Assembly: GCF_009914755.1 (NCBI RefSeq)
Contig: NC_060928.1
Source of the DNA: the human T2T-CHM13v2.0 reference genome, Homo sapiens
Direction: 5' to 3' (one strand)
Length of the DNA: 64,000 nucleotides
The notes below the pieces were generated by a model. The model saw only the letters and a list, made by a program, of their open reading frames with translations, was not told the DNA's origin and made no database searches. Positions 1-11,300 of this stretch are shown piece by piece. Position 1 is the first letter of the stretch. Each line of letters begins with the position of its first letter. A program made the position numbers and the translations under genes.

Positions 1-3
1 GGA

Positions 4-20
4 TTTCGTTGGAAGCGGGA
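4..20 (+). promoter_or_regulatory. CENP-B box (intact), m1; recurs once in every unit
   Basis: TTTCGTTGGAAGCGGGA matches the core NTTCGNNNNANNCGGGN. Confidence 0.95.
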
Positions 21-341
21 TTACATATAAAATCTAGAGAGAAGCATTCTCAGGAACTTCTTTGTGATGTTTGCATTGAAGTCACAGAATTGAACATTCA
101 CTTTGATAGAGCAGGTTTGAAACACTCATTCTGTAGTATCTGGAAGTGGACATTTCAAGCGCTTTCAGGCCTATGGTGAGAAAGGAAATATCTTCGAATA
201 AAAACTAGACAGAAGCATCCTCAGAAACTTATTTGTGATGTGTGTCCTCAACTAACAGAGTTGAAACTTTGTTTTGATACAGCATTTTGGAAACACTCTT
301 TTTGTAGAATCTGCAGGTGGATATTTGGATAGCTTAGAGGG

Positions 342-358
342 ATTCGTTGGAAAGGGGA
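342..358 (+). promoter_or_regulatory. Degenerate CENP-B box, m3
   Basis: ATTCGTTGGAAAGGGGA: the core CGGG is GGGG. Confidence 0.85.
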
Positions 359-511
359 TATCTTCATATAAAATCTAGACAGAAGCATTCTCAGAAACTT
401 ATTTGTGATGTGTGTCCTCAACTAACAGAGTTGAACCTTGGTTTTGATACAGCATTTTGGAAACACTCCTTTTGTAGAATCTGCAGGTGGATATGTGGAT
501 AGCTCTGAAGA

Positions 512-528
512 TTTCGTTGGAAACGGGA
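512..528 (+). promoter_or_regulatory. CENP-B box (intact), m4
   Basis: TTTCGTTGGAAACGGGA. Confidence 0.95.
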
Positions 529-852
529 ATTTCTTCATATAAAATCAAACAGAAGCATTCTCAGAAACTTCTCAGTGATGTTTGCATTCAGCTCATGGAG
601 TTGAACACTTCCTTTCATAGAGCCGGTTTGAAACACTCTTTCTGCACTACCTGGAAGAGGACATTTCGAGCGCTTTGAGTCCTATGGTGAAAAAGGAAAT
701 ATCTTCTCATAAAAACCAGAAAGAAGCATTCTCAGAAACTTCTTTGTGTTGTGTGTACTCATGTAACAGTGTTGAACCATCCTTTTGACAGAGCAGTTTT
801 GAAACACTCTTTTTGTAGAATCTGCAAGTGGATATTTGGATAGCTTTGAGGA

Positions 853-869
853 TTTCGTTGGAAACGGGA
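853..869 (+). promoter_or_regulatory. CENP-B box (intact), m6
   Basis: TTTCGTTGGAAACGGGA. Confidence 0.95.
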
Positions 870-1190
870 TGACATATAATCTCTAGAGAGAAGCATACTC
901 AGGAACTTCTTTGTGATGTTTGCATTCAAGTCACAGAATTGAACATTCCCTTTCATAGAGCAGGTTTGAAACACTCTTTCTCTAGTATCTGGAAGTGGGC
1001 ATTTCAAGCGCTTTCAGGCCTATGGAGAGAAAGGAAATACCTTCAAATAAAAACTAGACAGAAGCATTCTCAGAAACTTATTTGTGATGTGTGTCCTCAA
1101 CTAACAGAGTTGAACCTTTGTTTTGATACAGCATTTTGGAAACACTCCTTTTGTAGAATCTGCAGGTGGATATTTGGATAACTTTGAAGA

Positions 1191-1207
1191 TTTCGTTGGA
1201 AACCGGA
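1191..1207 (+). promoter_or_regulatory. Degenerate CENP-B box, m8
   Basis: TTTCGTTGGAAACCGGA: the core CGGG is CCGG. Confidence 0.85.
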
Positions 1208-1362
1208 ATATCTTCATATAAAATCAAGACAGAAGCATTCTCGGAAACATCTCTGTGATGTTTGCATTCAACTCAGTAGAGTTGAACACTTCCTTTCATA
1301 GAGCAGGTTTGAAACACTCTTTCTGCACTACCTGGAAGCGGACATTTCGAGCGCTTTGAGGC

Positions 1363-1379
1363 CTATGGTGAAAAAGGAA
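1363..1379 (+). promoter_or_regulatory. pJalpha / A-type box (representative, m9; variants at m2, m5, m7, m12, m14, m16, m19)
   Basis: CTATGGTGAAAAAGGAA occupies the same monomer position as the CENP-B box, as established for A-type alphoid monomers. Confidence 0.8.
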
Positions 1380-1533
1380 ATATCTTCTCATAAAAACCAG
1401 AAAGAAGCATTCTCAGAAACTTCTTTGTGTTGTGTGTACTCAAGTAACAGTGTTGAACCTTCCTTTTGACACAGCAGTTTTGAAACACTCTTTTGGTAGA
1501 ATCTGCAAGTGGATATTTGGATAGCTTTGAGGA

Positions 1534-1550
1534 TTTCGTTGGAAACGGGT
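1534..1550 (+). promoter_or_regulatory. CENP-B box (core intact), m10
   Basis: TTTCGTTGGAAACGGGT: all nine core bases present; only the last, non-core base differs. Confidence 0.88.
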
Positions 1551-1703
1551 TATCTTCATATAAAATCCAGACAGGAGCATTCTCAGAAACTTCTTTGTGC
1601 TGCATGTCCTCAATTCACAGAGCTGAACCTTTGTTTGGATACAGCATTTTGGAAACATTCCTTGAGTAGAATCTGCAAGTTGATATTTAGATAGCTTTGA
1701 AGA

Positions 1704-1720
1704 TTTCGTTGGAAACGGGA
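1704..1720 (+). promoter_or_regulatory. CENP-B box (intact), m11
   Basis: TTTCGTTGGAAACGGGA, 170 bp after the m10 box. Confidence 0.95.
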
Positions 1721-2043
1721 ATATCTTCATAGAAAATCTAGACGGAAGCATTCTCAGAAACTGCTTTGTGATGTTTGCATTCAAGTCACAGAGTTGAATA
1801 TTCCCTTTTATAGAGTAGGTTTGAAACACTCTTTTGGCACTACCTGGAAGTGGATATTTCGAGCTCTTTGAGGCCTATGGTTAAAAGGAAATATCTTCCC
1901 ATAAAAACTAGACAGAAGCCGTCTCAGAAACTTGTTTGTGATGTGTGTATTCAACTAACAGAGTTGAACATTTCTGTTACAGAGCAATTTTAAAACACTC
2001 TTTTTGTGGAATCTGAAAGTGGATAATTGGATAGCTTTGTGGA

Positions 2044-2060
2044 TTTCGTTGGAAACGGGA
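2044..2060 (+). promoter_or_regulatory. CENP-B box (intact), m13
   Basis: TTTCGTTGGAAACGGGA. Confidence 0.95.
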
Positions 2061-2381
2061 TGACGTATAAAATCTAGAGAGAAGCATTCTCAGGAACTTC
2101 TTTCTGATGTTTGCATTCAAGTCACAGAATTGAACATTCCTTTTCATAGTGCAGGTTTGAAACACTCTTTCTGTAGTATCTGGAAGTGGACATTTCAAGC
2201 GCTTTCAGGCCTACGGGGAGAAAGGAAATATCTTCAAATAAAAACTAGACAGAAGGATTCTCAGAAACTTATTTGTGATGTGTGCCCTAAACGAACACAG
2301 TTGAACCTTTGTTTTGATACAGCATTTTGGAAACACTCCTTTTGTAGGATCTGCAGGTGGATATTTGGATAGATTTTAAGA

Positions 2382-2398
2382 TTTCGTTGGAAACGGGA
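2382..2398 (+). promoter_or_regulatory. CENP-B box (intact), m15
   Basis: TTTCGTTGGAAACGGGA. Confidence 0.95.
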
Positions 2399-5300
2399 GT
2401 TTCTTCATAGAAACTCAAGACAGATGCATTCTCAGAAACATCTCTGTGATGTTTGCATTCCACTCATAGAGTTGAAAACTTCCTTTCATAGAGCAGGTTT
2501 GAAACACTCTTTTTGTAATATTTGGAAGTGGACATTTGCAGCGCTTTGAGGCCTATGGTGAAAAAGGAAATATCTTCCCATAAAAACTAGACAGAAGCAT
2601 TCTCAGAAACTTGTTTGTGATGTGTGTATTCAACTAACAGAGTTGAACTTTTGTTTTTACAGAGCCGTTTTAAAACACTCTTTTTGTGGAATCAGAAAGT
2701 GGATATTCGGATGGCTCTGAGGATTTCGTTGGAAGCGGGATTACATATAAAATCTAGAGAGAAGCATTCTCAGGAACTTCTTTGTGATGTTTGCATTGAA
2801 GTCACAGAATTGAACATTCACTTTGATAGAGCAGGTTTGAAACACTCATTCTGTAGTATCTGGAAGTGGACATTTCAAGCGCTTTCAGGCCTATGGTGAG
2901 AAAGGAAATATCTTCGAATAAAAACTAGACAGAAGCATCCTCAGAAACTTATTTGTGATGTGTGTCCTCAACTAACAGAGTTGAAACTTTGTTTTGATAC
3001 AGCATTTTGGAAACACTCTTTTTGTAGAATCTGCAGGTGGATATTTGGATAGCTTAGAGGGATTCGTTGGAAAGGGGATATCTTCATATAAAATCTAGAC
3101 AGAAGCATTCTCAGAAACTTATTTGTGATGTGTGTCCTCAACTAACAGAGTTGAACCTTGGTTTTGATACAGCATTTTGGAAACACTCCTTTTGTAGAAT
3201 CTGCAGGTGGATATGTGGATAGCTCTGAAGATTTCGTTGGAAACGGGAATTTCTTCATATAAAATCAAACAGAAGCATTCTCAGAAACTTCTCAGTGATG
3301 TTTGCATTCAGCTCATGGAGTTGAACACTTCCTTTCATAGAGCCGGTTTGAAACACTCTTTCTGCACTACCTGGAAGAGGACATTTCGAGCGCTTTGAGT
3401 CCTATGGTGAAAAAGGAAATATCTTCTCATAAAAACCAGAAAGAAGCATTCTCAGAAACTTCTTTGTGTTGTGTGTACTCATGTAACAGTGTTGAACCAT
3501 CCTTTTGACAGAGCAGTTTTGAAACACTCTTTTTGTAGAATCTGCAAGTGGATATTTGGATAGCTTTGAGGATTTCGTTGGAAACGGGATGACATATAAT
3601 ATCTAGAGAGAAGCATTCTCAGGAACTTCTTTGTGATGTTTGCATTCAAGTCACAGAATTGAACATTCCCTTTCATAGAGCAGGTTTGAAACACTCTTTC
3701 TCTAGTATCTGGAAGTGGGCATTTCAAGCGCTTTCAGGCCTATGGAGAGAAAGGAAATACCTTCAAATAAAAACTAGACAGAAGCATTCTCAGAAACTTA
3801 TTTGTGATGTGTGTCCTCAACTAACAGAGTTGAACCTTTGTTTTGATACAGCATTTTGGAAACACTCCTTTTGTAGAATCTGCAGGTGGATATTTGGATA
3901 ACTTTGAAGATTTCGTTGGAAACCGGAATATCTTCATATAAAATCAAGACAGAAGCATTCTCGGAAACATCTCTGTGATGTTTGCATTCAACTCAGTAGA
4001 GTTGAACACTTCCTTCCATAGAGCCGGTTTGAAACACTCTTTCTGCACTACCTGGAAGCGGACATTTCGAGCGCTTTGAGGCCTATGGTGAAAAAGGAAA
4101 TATCTTCTCATAAAAACCAGAAAGAAGCATTCTCAGAAACTTCTTTGTGTTGTGTGTACTCAAGTAACAGTGTTGAACCTTCCTTTTGACACAGCAGTTT
4201 TGAAACACTCTTTTGGTAGAATCTGCAAGTGGATATTTGGATAGCTTTGAGGATTTCGTTGGAAACGGGTTATCTTCATATAAAATCCAGACAGGAGCAT
4301 TCTCAGAAACTTCTTTGTGCTGCATATCCTCAATTCACAGAGCTGAACCTTTGTTTGGATACAGCATTTTGGAAACATTCCTTTAGTAGAATCTGCAAGT
4401 TGATATTTAGATAGCTTTGAAGATTTCGTTGGAAACGGGAATATCTTCATAGAAAATCTAGACGGAAGCATTCTCAGAAACTGCTTTGTGATGTTTGCAT
4501 TCAAGTCACAGAGTTGAATATTCCCTTTTATAGAGTAGGTTTGAAACACTCTTTTGGCACTACCTGGAAGTGGATATTTCGAGCTCTTTGAGGCCTATGG
4601 TTAAAAGGAAATATCTTCCCATAAAAACTAGACAGAAGCCGTCTCAGAAACTTGTTTGTGATGTGTGTATTCAACTAACAGAGTTGAACATTTCTGTTAC
4701 AGAGCAATTTTAAAACACTCTTTTTGTGGAATCTGAAAGTGGATAATTGGATAGCTTTGTGGATTTCGTTGGAAACGGGATGACGTATAAAATCTAGAGA
4801 GAAGCATTCTCAGGAACTTCTTTCTGATGTTTGCATTCAAGTCACAGAATTGAACATTCCTTTTCATAGTGCAGGTTTGAAACACTCTTTCTGTAGTATC
4901 TGGAAGTGGACATTTCAAGCGCTTTCAGGCCTACGGGGAGAAAGGAAATATCTTCAAATAAAAACTAGACAGAAGGATTCTCAGAAACTTATTTGTGATG
5001 TGTGCCCTAAACGAACACATTTGAACCTTTGTTTTGATACAGCATTTTGGAAACACTCCTTTTGTAGGATCTGCAGGTGGATATTTGGATAGATTTTAAG
5101 ATTTCGTTGGAAACGGGAGTTTCTTCATAGAAACTCAAGACAGATGCATTCTCAGAAACATCTCTGTGATGTTTGCATTCCACTCATAGAGTTGAAAACT
5201 TCCTTTCATAGAGCAGGTTTGAAACACTCTTTTTGTAATATTTGGAAGTGGACATTTGCAGCGCTTTGAGGCCTATGGTGAAAAAGGAAATATCTTCCCA

Positions 5301-8300
5301 TAAAAACTAGACAGAAGCATTCTCAGAAACTTGTTTGTGATGTGTGTATTCAACTAACAGAGTTGAACTTTTGTTTTTACAGAGCCGTTTTAAAACACTC
5401 TTTTTGTGGAATCAGAAAGTGGATATTCGGATGGCTCTGAGGATTTCGTTGGAAGCGGGATTACATATAAAATCTAGAGAGAAGCATTCTCAGGAACTTC
5501 TTTGTGATGTTTGCATTGAAGTCACAGAATTGAACATTCACTTTGATAGAGCAGGTTTGAAACACTCATTCTGTAGTATCTGGAAGTGGACATTTCAAGC
5601 GCTTTCAGGCCTATGGTGAGAAAGGAAATATCTTCGAATAAAAACTAGACAGAAGCATCCTCAGAAACTTATTTGTGATGTGTGTCCTCAACTAACAGAG
5701 TTGAAACTTTGTTTTGATACAGCATTTTGGAAACACTCTTTTTGTAGAATCTGCAGGTGGATATTTGGATAGCTTAGAGGGATTCGTTGGAAAGGGGATA
5801 TCTTCATATAAAATCTAGACAGAAGCATTCTCAGAAACTTATTTGTGATGTGTGTCCTCAACTAACAGAGTTGAACCTTGGTTTTGATACAGCATTTTGG
5901 AAACACTCCTTTTGTAGAATCTGCAGGTGGATATGTGGATAGCTCTGAAGATTTCGTTGGAAACGGGAATTTCTTCATATAAAATCAAACAGAAGCATTC
6001 TCAGAAACTTCTCAGTGATGTTTGCATTCAGCTCATGGAGTTGAACACTTCCTTTCATAGAGCCGGTTTGAAACACTCTTTCTGCACTACCTGGAAGAGG
6101 ACATTTCGAGCGCTTTGAGTCCTATGGTGAAAAAGGAAATATCTTCTCATAAAAACCAGAAAGAAGCATTCTCAGAAACTTCTTTGTGTTGTGTGTACTC
6201 ATGTAACAGTGTTGAACCATCCTTTTGACAGAGCAGTTTTGAAACACTCTTTTTGTAGAATCTGCAAGTGGATATTTGGATAGCTTTGAGGATTTCGTTG
6301 GAAACGGGATGACATATAATATCTAGAGAGAAGCATTCTCAGGAACTTCTTTGTGATGTTTGCATTCAAGTCACAGAATTGAACATTCCCTTTCATAGAG
6401 CAGGTTTGAAACACTCTTTCTCTAGTATCTGGAAGTGGGCATTTCAAGCGCTTTCAGGCCTATGGAGAGAAAGGAAATACCTTCAAATAAAAACTAGACA
6501 GAAGCATTCTCAGAAACTTATTTGTGATGTGTGTCCTCAACTAACAGAGTTGAACCTTTGTTTTGATACAGCATTTTGGAAACACTCCTTTTGTAGAATC
6601 TGCAGGTGGATATTTGGATAACTTTGAAGATTTCGTTGGAAACCGGAATATCTTCATATAAAATCAAGACAGAAGCATTCTCGGAAACATCTCTGTGATG
6701 TTTGCATTCAACTCAGTAGAGTTGAACACTTCCTTCCATAGAGCCGGTTTGAAACACTCTTTCTGCACTACCTGGAAGCGGACATTTCGAGCGCTTTGAG
6801 GCCTATGGTGAAAAAGGAAATATCTTCTCATAAAAACCAGAAAGAAGCATTCTCAGAAACTTCTTTGTGTTGTGTGTACTCAAGTAACAGTGTTGAACCT
6901 TCCTTTTGACACAGCAGTTTTGAAACACTCTTTTGGTAGAATCTGCAAGTGGATATTTGGATAGCTTTGAGGATTTCGTTGGAAACGGGTTATCTTCATA
7001 TAAAATCCAGACAGGAGCATTCTCAGAAACTTCTTTGTGCTGCATATCCTCAATTCACAGAGCTGAACCTTTGTTTGGATACAGCATTTTGGAAACATTC
7101 CTTTAGTAGAATCTGCAAGTTGATATTTAGATAGCTTTGAAGATTTCGTTGGAAACGGGAATATCTTCATAGAAAATCTAGACGGAAGCATTCTCAGAAA
7201 CTGCTTTGTGATGTTTGCATTCAAGTCACAGAGTTGAATATTCCCTTTTATAGAGTAGGTTTGAAACACTCTTTTGGCACTACCTGGAAGTGGATATTTC
7301 GAGCTCTTTGAGGCCTATGGTTAAAAGGAAATATCTTCCCATAAAAACTAGACAGAAGCCGTCTCAGAAACTTGTTTGTGATGTGTGTATTCAACTAACA
7401 GAGTTGAACATTTCTGTTACAGAGCAATTTTAAAACACTCTTTTTGTGGAATCTGAAAGTGGATAATTGGATAGCTTTGTGGATTTCGTTGGAAACGGGA
7501 TGACGTATAAAATCTAGAGAGAAGCATTCTCAGGAACTTCTTTCTGATGTTTGCATTCAAGTCACAGAATTGAACATTCCTTTTCATAGTGCAGGTTTGA
7601 AACACTCTTTCTGTAGTATCTGGAAGTGGACATTTCAAGCGCTTTCAGGCCTACGGGGAGAAAGGAAATATCTTCAAATAAAAACTAGACAGAAGGATTC
7701 TCAGAAACTTATTTGTGATGTGTGCCCTAAACGAACACATTTGAACCTTTGTTTTGATACAGCATTTTGGAAACACTCCTTTTGTAGGATCTGCAGGTGG
7801 ATATTTGGATAGATTTTAAGATTTCGTTGGAAACGGGAGTTTCTTCATAGAAACTCAAGACAGATGCATTCTCAGAAACATCTCTGTGATGTTTGCATTC
7901 CACTCATAGAGTTGAAAACTTCCTTTCATAGAGCAGGTTTGAAACACTCTTTTTGTAATATTTGGAAGTGGACATTTGCAGCGCTTTGAGGCCTATGGTG
8001 AAAAAGGAAATATCTTCCCATAAAAACTAGACAGAAGCATTCTCAGAAACTTGTTTGTGATGTGTGTATTCAACTAACAGAGTTGAACTTTTGTTTTTAC
8101 AGAGCCGTTTTAAAACACTCTTTTTGTGGAATCAGAAAGTGGATATTCGGATGGCTCTGAGGATTTCGTTGGAAGCGGGATTACATATAAAATCTAGAGA
8201 GAAGCATTCTCAGGAACTTCTTTGTGATGTTTGCATTGAAGTCACAGAATTGAACATTCACTTTGATAGAGCAGGTTTGAAACACTCATTCTGTAGTATC

Positions 8301-11300
8301 TGGAAGTGGACATTTCAAGCGCTTTCAGGCCTATGGTGAGAAAGGAAATATCTTCGAATAAAAACTAGACAGAAGCATCCTCAGAAACTTATTTGTGATG
8401 TGTGTCCTCAACTAACAGAGTTGAAACTTTGTTTTGATACAGCATTTTGGAAACACTCTTTTTGTAGAATCTGCAGGTGGATATTTGGATAGCTTAGAGG
8501 GATTCGTTGGAAAGGGGATATCTTCATATAAAATCTAGACAGAAGCATTCTCAGAAACTTATTTGTGATGTGTGTCCTCAACTAACAGAGTTGAACCTTG
8601 GTTTTGATACAGCATTTTGGAAACACTCCTTTTGTAGAATCTGCAGGTGGATATGTGGATAGCTCTGAAGATTTCGTTGGAAACGGGAATTTCTTCATAT
8701 AAAATCAAACAGAAGCATTCTCAGAAACTTCTCAGTGATGTTTGCATTCAGCTCATGGAGTTGAACACTTCCTTTCATAGAGCCGGTTTGAAACACTCTT
8801 TCTGCACTACCTGGAAGAGGACATTTCGAGCGCTTTGAGTCCTATGGTGAAAAAGGAAATATCTTCTCATAAAAACCAGAAAGAAGCATTCTCAGAAACT
8901 TCTTTGTGTTGTGTGTACTCATGTAACAGTGTTGAACCATCCTTTTGACAGAGCAGTTTTGAAACACTCTTTTTGTAGAATCTGCAAGTGGATATTTGGA
9001 TAGCTTTGAGGATTTCGTTGGAAACGGGATGACATATAATATCTAGAGAGAAGCATTCTCAGGAACTTCTTTGTGATGTTTGCATTCAAGTCACAGAATT
9101 GAACATTCCCTTTCATAGAGCAGGTTTGAAACACTCTTTCTCTAGTATCTGGAAGTGGGCATTTCAAGCGCTTTCAGGCCTATGGAGAGAAAGGAAATAC
9201 CTTCAAATAAAAACTAGACAGAAGCATTCTCAGAAACTTATTTGTGATGTGTGTCCTCAACTAACAGAGTTGAACCTTTGTTTTGATACAGCATTTTGGA
9301 AACACTCCTTTTGTAGAATCTGCAGGTGGATATTTGGATAACTTTGAAGATTTCGTTGGAAACCGGAATATCTTCATATAAAATCAAGACAGAAGCATTC
9401 TCGGAAACATCTCTGTGATGTTTGCATTCAACTCAGTAGAGTTGAACACTTCCTTCCATAGAGCCGGTTTGAAACACTCTTTCTGCACTACCTGGAAGCG
9501 GACATTTCGAGCGCTTTGAGGCCTATGGTGAAAAAGGAAATATCTTCTCATAAAAACCAGAAAGAAGCATTCTCAGAAACTTCTTTGTGTTGTGTGTACT
9601 CAAGTAACAGTGTTGAACCTTCCTTTTGACACAGCAGTTTTGAAACACTCTTTTGGTAGAATCTGCAAGTGGATATTTGGATAGCTTTGAGGATTTCGTT
9701 GGAAACGGGTTATCTTCATATAAAATCCAGACAGGAGCATTCTCAGAAACTTCTTTGTGCTGCATATCCTCAATTCACAGAGCTGAACCTTTGTTTGGAT
9801 ACAGCATTTTGGAAACATTCCTTTAGTAGAATCTGCAAGTTGATATTTAGATAGCTTTGAAGATTTCGTTGGAAACGGGAATATCTTCATAGAAAATCTA
9901 GACGGAAGCATTCTCAGAAACTGCTTTGTGATGTTTGCATTCAAGTCACAGAGTTGAATATTCCCTTTTATAGAGTAGGTTTGAAACACTCTTTTGGCAC
10001 TACCTGGAAGTGGATATTTCGAGCTCTTTGAGGCCTATGGTTAAAAGGAAATATCTTCCCATAAAAACTAGACAGAAGCCGTCTCAGAAACTTGTTTGTG
10101 ATGTGTGTATTCAACTAACAGAGTTGAACATTTCTGTTACAGAGCAATTTTAAAACACTCTTTTTGTGGAATCTGAAAGTGGATAATTGGATAGCTTTGT
10201 GGATTTCGTTGGAAACGGGATGACGTATAAAATCTAGAGAGAAGCATTCTCAGGAACTTCTTTCTGATGTTTGCATTCAAGTCACAGAATTGAACATTCC
10301 TTTTCATAGTGCAGGTTTGAAACACTCTTTCTGTAGTATCTGGAAGTGGACATTTCAAGCGCTTTCAGGCCTACGGGGAGAAAGGAAATATCTTCAAATA
10401 AAAACTAGACAGAAGGATTCTCAGAAACTTATTTGTGATGTGTGCCCTAAACGAACACATTTGAACCTTTGTTTTGATACAGCATTTTGGAAACACTCCT
10501 TTTGTAGGATCTGCAGGTGGATATTTGGATAGATTTTAAGATTTCGTTGGAAACGGGAGTTTCTTCATAGAAACTCAAGACAGATGCATTCTCAGAAACA
10601 TCTCTGTGATGTTTGCATTCCACTCATAGAGTTGAAAACTTCCTTTCATAGAGCAGGTTTGAAACACTCTTTTTGTAATATTTGGAAGTGGACATTTGCA
10701 GCGCTTTGAGGCCTATGGTGAAAAAGGAAATATCTTCCCATAAAAACTAGACAGAAGCATTCTCAGAAACTTGTTTGTGATGTGTGTATTCAACTAACAG
10801 AGTTGAACTTTTGTTTTTACAGAGCCGTTTTAAAACACTCTTTTTGTGGAATCAGAAAGTGGATATTCGGATGGCTCTGAGGATTTCGTTGGAAGCGGGA
10901 TTACATATAAAATCTAGAGAGAAGCATTCTCAGGAACTTCTTTGTGATGTTTGCATTGAAGTCACAGAATTGAACATTCACTTTGATAGAGCAGGTTTGA
11001 AACACTCATTCTGTAGTATCTGGAAGTGGACATTTCAAGCGCTTTCAGGCCTATGGTGAGAAAGGAAATATCTTCGAATAAAAACTAGACAGAAGCATCC
11101 TCAGAAACTTATTTGTGATGTGTGTCCTCAACTAACAGAGTTGAAACTTTGTTTTGATACAGCATTTTGGAAACACTCTTTTTGTAGAATCTGCAGGTGG
11201 ATATTTGGATAGCTTAGAGGGATTCGTTGGAAAGGGGATATCTTCATATAAAATCTAGACAGAAGCATTCTCAGAAACTTATTTGTGATGTGTGTCCTCA

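Larger units (their letters stand above)
1..10880 (+). repeat. Four tandem 16-mer HOR variants (2720 bp each; canonical unit minus 512 bp / 3 monomers)
   Basis: Marker at 1, 2721, 5441, 8161, 10881. The block AAACAAGCATT...GGAAAAGGGAATATCTCC...GAGCACGTTTG present at ~13460-13970 is absent. Junction at 2540-2577 and at +2720 steps. Confidence 0.95.

Noticed and set aside
33-38. Short palindromes (TCTAGA, AAGCGCTT, AGGCCT, GAATATTC) as possible cruciform or dyad sites
   Set aside because: These 6-8-bp palindromes are ordinary alphoid restriction sites. I found no long dyad by eye, and folding was not computed.
2061-2072. TGACGTATAAAA next to the m13 CENP-B box, resembling a CRE half-site plus TATA element
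   Set aside because: It is a one-base variant of the paralogous TGACATATAA/TTACATATAA. Such short matches are expected in AT-rich repeats, and nothing in the sequence supports promoter activity.
1-10880. 2720-bp 16-mer suggesting chr17 D17Z1 or another 16-mer array
   Set aside because: It is a clean 512-bp deletion derivative of the adjacent 19-mer and has dimer-derived rather than pentameric (SF3) organisation.
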